The notes beneath the pieces were generated by a model. The model was not told where the DNA came from. It worked only from the letters and a program-made list of their open reading frames with translations, and searched no databases. A stretch of 64,000 bases of DNA from the NCBI GenBank assembly GCA_030704615.1, contig CM060732.1, positions 81,406,001-81,470,000 on the forward strand. Direction: 5' to 3'. The position numbers and the translations under genes were made by a program. Shown piece after piece: positions 9,747-22,766 of this stretch. How positions within the stretch are numbered: the stretch's first letter is position 1; the number at the start of each line of letters is the position of its first letter. Origin of the DNA: Takakia lepidozioides. Taxonomy: Eukaryota; Plantae; Bryophyta.

Positions 9747-12700
9747 TTAATCCACTTGATTCAAATTTTCAGAGGACAATGAACGTGCATTGCAAGTCCT
9801 GTGTGCCTCCTGAGGGAGTCGCAGCTCCTCATAGTCCCCAACAACGACCTGCTTCCATCAAGATACACAGACAAGGCCCCTTCTTAGCCCACTCCAGAAC
9901 AGGATTTACATTTCTAAATCCTTCCCGCCCATATCCCAAACCCCAGACTTCCATAACCAGCACAGCTTAGGACACAACTCAACTTTCTGTCAAATCAGGC
10001 TACGGCAAACAGTCTTATGAGTACATCTATCACATCATGTCCTGTGCCAAGTGGAACAGACCTTCATATGCGAAAGTGTGGGATGTTGTCAACAGGCCCT
10101 GACTTCTGTGTTCAAGGAGAGGAACTTGTGCTTCCACCATCCCATACAAGGACCCTTGTACCATGTAATGCCCACATCTCCAACTCATTTTTCTAATCTT
10201 TGAGTGTGGTTAGCTTAGTTCAGCCCTTTAGGCAATGGACAATCTAAGACTCTTAAGCGCTTACACAGTTTTCATTGTCCGTCCAAGTTGAACCTGACGC
10301 ACGCTGGAACAAAGAAATGCTACACCGCATACACTTAGAGCAAATGTACAGTTGCCAGATGTTTGACCACCAATCACAAATTAAAAGAACTGCAGGAAAG
10401 CAGTTGAAACAGAGAGGGACTTCAGGATCTATGTTTCTGGGGGACAAAAACATTGTTGAACAGATCTGAGCTTCCCATCACTCTGAGGTGAATCTACTGG
10501 CTGTTATTGAACAATCATGCTGTTCTTTGGATTGTCATGTTGCTAATGTCTGTCAACCTGGAAGGTTCCAAAAGGCTGATTAGACATTGAGGTCATGTGC
10601 ATCAGCTGCTGATGAGGCACATAAAGATGAAAATTACTCCTCCATCATGCTGTAATACTGCTATCCTACTTTTTGACAGACTCTCCACTCCAACCATTGC
10701 CAACTGTTACCACTAGAGACTTCGGAACCCATTGGTATCCAATTTGGTGAGGCCACTGCCCATAGTCCCCTGCTAGATGGATCGGGTAAGTCTACCTCCA
10801 ATATAGGCTTACGCAGCCCCAGGACCACAAACAGTGATGCCAAAGTGCCCTAAACATCTCTGGGGTTACCTGTCTGGTGGCTATAATTTCATTCCCCTTC
10901 TCTTAGGGGAGCTTTGGGGAGTAATCCAAGAATCGAGAAGAGAAAGAAAGATACATATAATGTGGCACTCTACTAAATTCACAATTGAGAGGTAACCAAA
11001 GATAAGATGACACAGCCACATCCAAGGTAAAGAAAGATTACAAAGATAAGACAAAATCAACAGAACAAAACATCAACGCAAGTCCCCGGAAGAAGATACA
11101 GTTAAAAAGGACAAATGAAACAGATCGGTCCCTCATAACTAAGAGAAATGAAATGGTACTTCATAACGTCTGCGGGAAGCTCAAAGAGTTTATGGGAAGA
11201 AGCAAAGACCATATATGACATCCACAGGGGGGCCCAAGGGTCCATGGACCAAGTAGAATGACAAGGGACCTAAATCAACGTACTCCAAATGACGCCCAAG
11301 ACAAACTGCCTGATACAGAGAGAAAGAAGAAGACGAGATCACGGGAGGCCCGAGGAGACCATCGAAGTAGAACAGCAGAGACAGAACATCAATTTAAAAC
11401 CCCAACATTCAGGCACTCCTGACCACTGAGAAGACTAGGGACCAAGACTTATACCCAGCTCAAGAGAAGAAGTGGCAGAGGAAGAAGAAAAGAAGAAAAG
11501 AAGAAAAGAGATTTATTATGTCCAGAAGGGCCACTGAGGACCCCTCGGACACAAGTAGAGAGAGACATGCCTGATATTGGGAGCTCTGGAAACTGTAGGC
11601 AACTTCTAACTGTTTGGTTTCCCCCGGGCAAGGGTCACAGAAGCCCATTAGCCCCGCCTTCTTCACTCCTGCATACAGCTGCACCCAGTGCCAACGAGCT
11701 ATTAACAAAAAAAATGGGCTGGGTGAACTTGGATACAAATTTCAACCTAGAAACTTTGTTTGCTAGAAAGCTACTATAATTACAGCTTAGGTCACAGGAA
11801 ATATTGATGATGGAGACATAAGGGTATCTACTGTCAGCCTGTTGTCATGACAGTGGAGACAAACCTGGAGTTGGCCATGGTCATTAACCAAAAACTGCAA
11901 AGGGATAGCCACATCTAAGTAGGGTGGAGGGAGGTCTGAGTCATCCTCCTCTGGTCGTGCCCCATCCTCCTCACTATTAGAGGTCCTGCCCCCAAGGTGG
12001 GATTTTATGGCTCCATACAAAGCCTCCAGAATAACCAATCCATCTCTCTCAGCTTGTACCCTTTTCTTCTGCTCTGCAACATTCCGCAGAAGCATTTGTG
12101 CCTTCTCAGATGTGGCCCTTGCCTCAAGTACCTGGGTCCCAGCTAGCCAAGATCATCAGCAGAACATTGTTCCACTAGAAATCGCTAGAGGATCGTTCAC
12201 ATCCTTTAGTAAAAGGGCTAGATTGCTGCTTATTCACAACGACATCGACGATCAGAGACTATTCAATAGTCTTACCATAGTATCATGGGTGCCTAAAATT
12301 CCATGACCAAGAGAGGAGGAACATGACTGATCCATCTCAATCTTAACTCTACCTGGTGTGGTCAGAACGAGAGGAAGAAGAACAAATATTTATTGCCATG
12401 GGAGGTCAGAAGGCCCATGGGACAATGTGAAAGTAGAGTAACTGAAGGACACATTAATAACCACATACATTGCATAATGCAATCCCAAATCTGGTTTGGA
12501 TGGAGGAGGAAGCTGAGGAGGAAACTGAGGAAGAAAAAGAGGAAAACCCCAAACGTCACTCAGAACGAAGTGCCTATGAAAGAGAGCAGCTGAGACTATG
12601 AAGAAAAAAGTTCAAAGAGAAGACACATGCACAGGAGGCCCAGACAGGCCACAGAAAACATCCACAGGAAGCCAAGAGAATTGAAAGAGACCTGAGTGAC

Positions 12701-15700
12701 AGTCAGACGCCGTTGCTCAAGACTCTTTAGCCGCTTTCTCCGAAGATAGTATGGCTTTAAAACAAATATCTGCATAGAAACACCCAATGACAAAAGAAGC
12801 TCATATCGAAGGTCAATGCATAAGTCACAACTGCAGGGAGCCATCCCCAACAAGGGGAAGTTGGTAATGTACGCATCAGATGTTGCTTGCCATAGCCTTA
12901 TGGCCCAACACAAGAGGCGCAGAGCAGCAGGACAGTCTCATTACAAGTAGTGGTCCTTACCACAATTATATACAAAACTAGTTTTGGCTTTCAGGATTTC
13001 TTACAGACAGCAATGAACTCTAGCATCTAATGGTGCGTAACATTAACACAATAATTCAGACCCAGTGGCTCTCTGGTCCTAGAGGCTGAAGGCTTCTGCC
13101 ACTCTCCAAAGAGGGGTAATTACTAATCAATGTACGTGGGGCAGGCAAAAACGATAAAATCTACTGTGTTTCTGTTTTGTGAGAACCAACTCAAAAGGTT
13201 CCCACAGCCTTCTTGAGGGATGTGGACAGGAGCAATCTGATTGCATCAACCAGTTATCAAGAGGGAAAAAGTAAGAAAGAAAGAAATCCACTGGAGAGAG
13301 AATGAGGGAGAGTAGAGAGAGAGAGAGCTGACCTTGATCAAGGCATATAAGGACGATGGCAAAACTAAAGCTCCAGTAGCTATCACTGGATTCAGTGTTG
13401 AACAAAGAAAAATCTGGGAAAGAAAACATGCAATGAAGTCAAAAAAATCAAATAGTTGGGGAAAAACAAAACACTCACACCCAGCACATCAAAACAGCCC
13501 AGTGCCATCTTTTAACATTGGGGATCCGCGATTCCCAACACACTTGCCAGCTTGTAAATCATCCATACAACATTTCTATGACATCCCAAGGCTTCTACTC
13601 CACCCTGTAGGTCTTGCTGCTTGCAAGGTTGCATCATACTTTTTAACAAGCTTTCCAGACCTTAATTTTGAGACAATCAGAAGTCTAGAGGATGCAGACA
13701 AGGTAATGACTGCAGAACGCAAATAAATTGTGATGTCCACGAGGTGCTAGTGCAGCAGTTTTAGTAAAGATGTGCATCACTTGTAGTGCATTAAAGGTCA
13801 CTTACAGTCTGCATCTCTGTAAATCTTCACAATACATATCTGTACATGTATGTAACAGTGACAGACAGAGGTAGAATCCTACAGGTAAAACAAACTTTTG
13901 GCCTCCTCGAGTAAACCGAACTCTCCATAAGACACCCTGCATCAATTGCAGACAGTTGATAACAAACAGTACTTTTGTTCAGAAAAAGCCTAATCTTCCT
14001 TGAAATTTGCTTCCAATTTCCTAAAATAAGTTCTAGTCAAGGAGTCATTTCAAAAAACCCATCCAAGTCAAGTACAAAGGAGTCCAAAGAAGAATCCAAT
14101 ACAAAGGAAGAAACGAACTACGTATTGACAGTGCTGATGGACCATAGGCTATGACACATCCATTCGAGGCTACCTGCCACACCTAGTAGTGGGGAACTTG
14201 GACAAAATCTGCTGTAGGGTTTTGCCTGCAACTTACAACGAACTAATTACATGGTTGATTGAGTGAGAGAGAGAGAGGAAAGGAGACATGCTGATTGCCC
14301 AGTGGGGCACCAACCACCATTTTCGAACAAGAGTTCACTAATACACTGGCCGGGATTCAGCAGAAACTGTGCTGTTGATGCCATGAAAGAATTCCACAAA
14401 TAGCAATAGAATCTGTAAGAAAGAGAATCCCAGAATTGTAGGGGCAGTGAGTACCTGGAGGCCGAGAACACAAAACATGGCAGCTGAGCTGTGCTCTGAC
14501 ACTCTCCTCTCTCCTCCTATCTCAACCTCTACTCCTGTGCTGTGTAGCGAACATGAAGGGAATTAGGATAGTTTTCTACTGCACAGCTGTGTAAGAAAAT
14601 TGTGCATTGGAAAGTGATCCAAAATCAAAGTCGTTTCACCAAGGATACCAATATCTGTCAAAGCAGAAAATTTATGCCAGCAAAGGGTGAGACACTTTCC
14701 TATGTTCATCTTAAGTGATTGAGATGGGCCACATGTGCAGCCCAGCCCAGCCCACTGAAAAGTTATGTCGGGATTTTTAGAAGAAGAAAAGCATTGCGTT
14801 AAAGTTGACAAGGAATTCTTGTACCCTTCCCAAGTTGCCCCTTTTGCTGTGGATCATCCACTTGTTTGGTTTTGTTACATATTGACAAGCGTAAGTTAAG
14901 AGGTGGATGGACCTGCCAAGCTTGGCAGAAACACGGCCTTGTGACTTGGATGAAAAATGGCGAATGTACTGTCCAGACAGCCCAAAGGTTGTTGGCCCCA
15001 CCTTCAACATTCCAACACAAGTCCTTCGTCAGCTCCTTCAAGGGATGAGATACTCACATTTGCAGAACGAGATCTTGCTTTTGGGGTCTGTCCTCCCAGG
15101 TTCCCTCTCAGTGAGAAGGCAGACTCGACCCCGCGCACTGATGGAGGAGAAAATCAAGCTCCAATTGACAGTGGACAGGCACATGACGGTAAGAGAGAGG
15201 GCACTCCAGGGGACGATGGAGGGAGGAGGACAAAAGACACTGACCTTCAACTCCCCAGAGCCAGCATTTTTCTTCCCATGCCGCTGCCAACCCACTGAAA
15301 TCCCTGTATCCGTGCCTGTGATCAACTGTATCTGTTCAAACCCCAGATTTCACCAAAGTATCAATGTTGCCACCAGCACACCCTGATGTCTAAAATATAC
15401 AAATCCATGTTCTTTAAGGAAGAAGGCTCAACAACAGCAGTGAATAAGCTTCATGCTATCACAGAAGGAGAGAGAAGAGAGGGATCAGGAGTACATTGCC
15501 AGTGGTCTCTTCAGATAGTTGGCGCGACCAAGTGTTTGCCAAGGTGATTGACCCGTCCCTTAATGACACTGTCAAGTCCAGGGTTCCTGTTGAATGTGAT
15601 GATAACTGCCTGTCAACCGGATGACCAGTAGTTCTCTGCCATGTCAGCACCTTCCTAGAACTTGCAATCACTTCATGTAATTCTTTTCTCTCTCACTTCC

Positions 15701-18700
15701 ATGTCAAGCATTAACAGACGGAATCATGTGCACGGAATGAAGCCCCCCACTCTGGACACACATCACTGGACTTATATTGTTAACTCCCATAGATACTACC
15801 AAGGGACTTTAGTTTCCAAAACCCTAGCTTCCCTAGCAGTTTCATCCAGATGAAGCTACTTTCAAACTCTGCCTGTACCTTTTCTCTTGGGAACTCTTGT
15901 CACAACTCCAACTATCACTCTTCTGTTGAAAAGGAGAAATAGAGCACACCTGGAGGTCTGAATACTCAGAATGGAGCGAAGCCCAACCATACCCAGAACC
16001 TCCAGAGATGAAAGTGGTGACAATTGGCGCCGCAAAACTACTGTCACTGAGCCCCCGCCCAAGCCCCGCCGCAATGCCATGTTGCCACCCAGCACAACTG
16101 TGTCCCTCTTTGACAGCTGGACTTGTACTTGCGTTGACATTGCCATGCTGTACGCACAACCCTCCCCAGTGCACCCATGAGAGAAAAAGAAGACAGAAAT
16201 TTATCAAGTTGGCGGGAATCCCAGGGGCCTGAAGGGACACAAGTAGAACAATGCAGCAGAGTCACACAGGCACAGAGAGGAAGATTTCCAAGATAACAAG
16301 GAGACAAAACAATAGAGTAAGAATGAACTGTAATGTTGTAGTTGAAGTAACCTACATATTGCCAGTCAGCTAACGTGACAATAAACAGACCCATCCTAAA
16401 TGTTTCATTTGGAATCCTTGGGAGAGGGAACACATCCACAAACCACTTCTTTACAGATAGATAACACAGAGTTAAGACTGGTGTAAGAACTGATATTATC
16501 TATAAGGTTACCTTCGGATGCTCTGATTGCCAAACCGCATAGGTAACTTGAAACCCGCAGACCTCAATTGTCCCAATTGACCCCTTGCCTCGTCTCTGGG
16601 GTGGGAAACCCAAGGTCTATGATTTTTCACAAGGGGAATCCCAACCCACCTCAGATATTTGAGAAATCATGTTCTGTTTATATATGTTTCTGCCTGTCCA
16701 TTGTCCCTCTCTTCTCTCCCCTATACTCACATCATTTTTCCAGCATTTATGGTCTACACTACCAATCACAGAATGTATCTGGTTTTGCATTTCCAGCCAT
16801 CAATTCATGAATATGCAAATCAACTCGCACTATGGAGCTATGCAGCAGAAGTCCAAAACATGCTAGTAAAATCAGCAAGCTATTTCCCTCCTTTAGTTTG
16901 TCCAACCCATGTCCAACACAGCTCTGCCACAGACTGCAGCATGCACCAACAAAGCCACTAGCAGAGTTCTTCTGACAAAAGAATGCAGCACTAACCACTC
17001 ACCCCACTCTAATTATTGCTTCTCTCTGCCCTCTGCCAAGGGAAAGAGAGAGAGAGAGAGAGAGAGGCGCTATTAGCTGTCCTTCATTCAAAGGTCTGAC
17101 TTTTCCTTGCATTCAGCACCACCAGTCAGACCTTGTTTGAAGTCCACTGTGCTCTTAGGAGTTGCAGCGAAAAGAGAGGACTGTGACACAAGCAAGACAG
17201 ATGTATTACCTCCCAACAGTTTTTAGGGTACACTATCTTCTAAATCATGATAAAACAAGATTTTAGCCCCTATGGTAACCAAGCCAGAAACAATGCTTTG
17301 GTAGGAGAAGAGAAGAAAACGAAGGAACTTTACGTATCCACGGGACGCTCAAAGAAAGGATCCATGGAGGCTCAAGGGCCCATGGGACAAAGTAGCACGA
17401 AGAGAGAAACAGAGCCCCAAGGGTCAAAAATTTAAGTATCACTATGGGAGAGCAGAAACTAAAGAACGAGAAGAGACTGTACTCATAAGACTTTGTTTGC
17501 CGTAACCATTGCACGAAGACCAGAGAGAATGTCCTCATTGCTGTAGCCTTGTTGCCATAGACCTCACGCCCAGTATGGGCGGAACAAGAGGGAACGGGAC
17601 ACTACCTTTGTGAGGTGCTCACTCCAGTAGTGGCACTTACCTTGACATAAACAATTTGTTGAAGGAGAAAGAGAGAAGAGAGAGAGAGAGTACCCATTCA
17701 TCCTTGGGCCCGTATCAAATGACTGGAGAAACTGGGCTAATGATAAATTTACAAGGAGAGACCCCTGGTGGTGCACATGTGCTGCCAGACGCCTGTCTTC
17801 CTGCCGCTGCTGCAAACGCTCAAATTCTGCCTTTACTTCTTCTCTTGTTTTCAGCTTGGGCCCTAGCTCTAAACCTGATGTCAATCCCTGCATACCATAG
17901 ATATCATAGATCTGTCGCTTGCGTTCACTGCTCAAGATCTCGTACGCCTCCCGGATCCTCTGGAAATTTGCTGTTGCAATGTCTTGCATCTGTCAGACAA
18001 ACACAATGCATGCAAGATTTAATTCTCTCATACTAGCCCGGAAACAGCATCAGGAGTGTACAATTTCCTGATTTATCGAGTTTGAATCAAAGTGGTGCAC
18101 CATCCATAGAATGTACTCGTGCCATTCCCTGCAAATGTTGGCTCGCCACAGCCTTATGGCCATTGACCCCACAGGAAACTAACCCTCCCAAAGACTTTTG
18201 TGGGGCTCACACCCACCAGGGTTTAGCTTATCCCGCAGCTCAGCTGCAGGTATAAACTTATGTTCCCGCAACTGCCGTTAAGGGGCTCACAGAGGCACTT
18301 GTCTGCATGCAAACTCAACAGCCCAATTGGAGAGTTTTTTATTTTAGTTTTATAGCCCTGCGTTTGCACCATCCATTGAGAGACCTACAGAGCAACAGTA
18401 AGACAACCATGCACTGATGACACGAAGGTTTCTAGATGGTAACATGCTACTTTCGTATACATCACCCACATTGCAATGAGGCAACATGCTTTAAATGGTT
18501 GCATTGTCCAAATATCCCGAAAAATGACTTCTCTTCCTGTGCTAACAAACCCCCTATGACAAATTGCTTCTAGAACCACAAAAGGGGTTCCCTGGAGTAA
18601 AACCTTTCAGCTTAGCCTCTCAATGGTAACCCAGTTTCTATGAACAGTATACCATCTCCAAGATCTGCTGACTAATGACAAAACCCTGTCTAAAAGTCGA

Positions 18701-19841
18701 TAGCTCCTACTGCCTATCTCAAAAGCTTGTACAATTTTCCCAAACGGCCAGGTAGGGTTTGCAAGAGCGTGGGGACACCAAATACCATAAACCTTCTATT
18801 GCTCCCCAACAGGAAATAACAGTACAGAGAATCTCAGAGTCTACTCCTTCTGGTGATGGAAAAAGTCACTAATAATATGAACAAGGAAAGTAGACAAAAG
18901 ACCAGGGGACGGCGCAAATTAAGCCACTCAAACCCTTGTAAATGACCTAGCAAAGTGAAGACTCAGGCAGACAAATGGCAGAAAACATAATCAAGCGGTA
19001 GTTTGTGGATGTAATGTAGGCTAGACATGCAAAGAAGGGTGAGTAGTGTATGCCAGTAGTCTTCTGACCCCAAACCCAAAACAGGGAATTTGTGAAGCAA
19101 TGATTCATGAGGGAATTTCCATATCCACATGGGAAGACAATATGCACTAACAAGAGAAGACAATACAGTAGGAACCAGAGTGGACTTCAGGGGATAATTC
19201 CAATGTATGAGTAAGGCTCAAAAGAATACAATCTGATGAGAGAGGAGCGATGGATAGGGACGTCGTCACTGCAAGGTCAGAGTCCCAGGTTGAAAGGCAT
19301 CCGCCAGTCACCGGTGCTGTTTTAAACGACTAGGGTGCATGAAACTCAAACACCAATGGGACTCCCACACAACACCTTACACAGGAACTTGGGTGTTGCT
19401 GCAGGCTTTTGTTTCCATCGATGACATGATTTCTGCACTGAGCTGGAGCTGGTTGTGGAGTTGTAAACAGCAAGCTTATGAAAATTTGCGCCAATTCTCC
19501 CTTCGCGCTCGTGCAGCCAACGACAATCGGATTGCCGGGAGGGGTGGTGATTTGAGGGCATCGACAGAAGGCACGATGGTCCAACACGGCCGCTGTAGCA
19601 ATCTACCTTGACAGAGGTGTGACAGATACGGCTGCGTTCCCACATAGATAAGAGAGAAAAAAGAGTGGCAGAAAAAGTAGGTAGAAGGAAGAACCTGAGG
19701 AGATTGGTGCTTGTCGGGGTGATATATTTGAGCCCATTGCCGGTAGGCCTTCTTGATATCCTCGTCTGAAGCTTCGGGCGAGAGATGCAGAAGGGCATAC
19801 AGCTCTCTAGCCGGCTGCTCGTCTCTTTCAAACTCCTCCAT
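9747..19841 (-). CDS. OWL1: J-domain protein of the DNAJC11/OWL1 (chaperone protein dnaJ 13) family, 13 exons, 568 aa
   Basis: Exons 19841-19695, 17989-17694, 16147-15950, 15609-15495, 15331-15245, 15001-14913, 14539-14455, 13936-13883, 13413-13333, 12769-12692, 12131-11865, 11678-11571, 9848-9747. J-domain [25 protein letters not shown] (HPD motif) and C-terminal [29 protein letters not shown] are colinear with Arabidopsis OWL1 as I remember it. All phases are consistent. Confidence 0.93.
17045..17066. repeat. (GA)n microsatellite (others at ~13313-13327, ~17677-17690, ~62672-62689; (TA)n at 37856-37872; (TTTTG)n at ~63806-63830)
   Basis: Directly visible in the sequence. Confidence 0.9.
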
Positions 19842-22766
19842 CACCCCCGCCGCTGTGTCTCACTCACCGCACTCCCTTGCCCTCACGCATCATGACCACA
19901 TTCTAAAAATCTCTGCTTCCTCAAAACCCAATTGCTAAATTTTCCACAAAAATTCTCTTCTTGACCTCTACATTTCTCCATCTCGTCAGAAAGTCATGTG
20001 AAGCCACCGAAACTGGGCTGCCTCTTGCTGCTCTGTTTTGAAGCATTCACCCGAGCAACGAGCAACATTGAGTGGAAAGGACACGCACCGACGCCCATTT
20101 GCCGCATGGTTCCGAGGACGGTCACACCCTTTCCTACTCTGCATGACCCAAACAAAAACTTTTGGTCGTGCTACTTGCCAAGTGTCTCCACCATTACTGC
20201 AGCCTTTGGTTCTGAATTCTGCGCTCTGCCTGTTCCCGGCTATGAGAGCAAGTGCCCCACCTCCACGCCCCACATACTTCCTTTCGGGGCCACTAAATAC
20301 ACTTACAGCAGAGCCCAAAATGTGGTGGTGGTCGTTCATTGGACTCAATGGAAAACTCAATGTCCATGTGGCAATCCAGTCTATACCAATACCAATAACA
20401 ATAGGACAAGAGTTAAAGATGCTAAGGCCTTGGCACTGACAGAGATGAATCGTGGAAACAGGCTGATGCCCTGCCCAATTGCAGAGGGATAAGTTAGTAG
20501 ACTATTTTCTGGAATGTTCTTTCTCTTGCCAGGAACAGCCATAATGAGCAGAATGGATGTGAACCTGGAAGTCTCTGAAGAAGAGGAAGATGGTCAATGA
20601 TTGCATGCAGGTTTGAGAACTTCAAGAATGCATCAGAGATGATGGCTGTGAATGTGAATGCGAAGGCAGGGGAGGCGGGCTATGATCCTTTCTTTCACTG
20701 ATGAACACGCTCTCCGACCTATTGCCAGTCTGAAAAGACTGAGAAGGAGGCGGCGGAAGGCCATAATCGTAACAGCATTTCAAATCTGCAAACTTGGAAC
20801 GGTAGTTCTGGTGAGAGGTGGTGAGGTTAGATAAGTAATGATGGAAGCAATCCGATTTCATTGTTCCTGAATGGCAGAGGTGACCTTTTATTCATAAATT
20901 TCATCAGATGTAGGCAGGCATGAAGCAGTCCTAATCATTCGTGCACATGCCGCAGGCTTTATCAATTGTGGGTCCTTCAGTATGGATTATGCACTCTTCA
21001 GTATACTAAATGCACTCTGCAAGTGGAGGGGTTCCCAAGGCTGATTAATTCCATGCAAAGACCACCATTGATTGGCAAGCCCTGCAAACACTGATGGAAC
21101 TCCATTATGCGTGATATCACTGACTGAAATTTCATGTAGTCTCAAACCGCAAACTAAGATTGGACAGAGACTCAAAAGACAGATTATTTGGAGCAGCTCC
21201 AATTTCTCACTTCAGATGAGTCTTGTACACCATTTTGTCAAACACTTACCTTTGTCCTTTGCTAGGAAATGATGAAGCAAATGGTACAGTCATTAAGGAA
21301 TGTTGACAAGAACCAAGTGACCAAGCTTGCACATGGCAAAGCATAGTGGACAAAATTTTATGTAAAAGCATCAGCTCAATGACCCGAATTGAAATGATTA
21401 CTCTTGAGGGTCACAGCACAGGCTGCCATGTCAGATCCAGTAAGGAAATTCCCAGCAGCCTTATCTTCCTCTCCCTTCCTCTGATAAAATGGCTTACCCA
21501 GGTCCAGTTGGTCCAACAAAAGGGTTTTGACCGAAAATTCAAAAACTCTTCACCGAAAGCCTTCGCCAGTTACAGGTGGGAAAGTTCAATGGATCATTAA
21601 CTGCATCTGAGTCTCTGCCCATGTCTCTCATCTCTTCAGAATGCCTGTTTGAGATTGTTTGCTTCTCTCCCCATGCACTGCTGCAAAACAGCAGCGAACT
21701 GAACTCTTCACATCAGAACGGTGAACAAGGCGAAAAAATCAAAAACTGAATCTCACATGGCATAGAATCCAAACACACCCTCTTGAGCTGCCATAACTTC
21801 CATACTATACGTGGTAGCTTATCTCCCTCTTCTCTTACTGTCTTAGAATGTGAAAGGAAGATAACTGACTAACCACTAATCAACCAGTCCATCGTCTGGA
21901 CAGTATGGTGCATGCATCCAGAAACATTCACCCAATTTGATCACTTACCATACAGCTGGAGCGCACTTGGTGTCTGCCACTGCAAGGAGTCCTCTGCGGT
22001 TCCCAAACTGACCTTTGTCACTTCCAAGTATCGAGGCCAGCAGGCTCTAGTAGCTCACTCAAAACTTCCAGACAATCTCCGTAAGCCGGGGGGGCTTAAA
22101 TTATTTGAACATAAGTAGTTGCCCTCCAATTCTAATTCCACTGGATAAGACTTGGTCTCTCAAGAAACTAAAGAACCACTAAATGGCTGTTGGCATCACC
22201 AAAGACATAGAGAACCTCCAGCACCTGTGACCACCAAACCCACTGGTGCTGCCACTGTTGTTTGAGGCAGGACACTCGCACCAGAAACTCTGCTGAATTC
22301 AATCCACCGAAAGAAAATATAGCCTTTTAATCTGTCCTCAGCAGTGATAACTTGTGGTTTTCCTGTCTGAAACAAACATCAACGCCCTGTTCTATGTCTT
22401 GATCAACTAATGAGGTCCACTATCAAATGGCAATGCCTGTCACTGGTGAAGTAAAAACCAAGATTCGCCAGTAAAACAATTTGAGAAACTGTCATTACCC
22501 CTTGATGTGCACACTGGTAGCCCTGTAATAATGTCAACCGGATCTCTCCAGTTCCTCCAAGAGGTCAATGGTACAATTGTCAAGCAAGAGTGGCTGTTGT
22601 CTTTGCGGTTGCAGTCGAGACTGGGAAAGACTCTGCTCTCTGCTCATGCCTGGATAACAACTTATATGTTGTGGAGAGTGCAAATTCACGAGTGAATCTC
22701 TGGCAAAATCATTGCACCTGTTACTCCACTTCAAGAAAGTGATGGACAATTCGTATCTCCTCTTTG

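Noticed and set aside
19986-22700. ORFs of 60-164 aa between OWL1 and the kinase-like gene
   Set aside because: Mostly non-ATG starts, overlapping in several frames, with no recognisable family. Probably promoter or UTR sequence.
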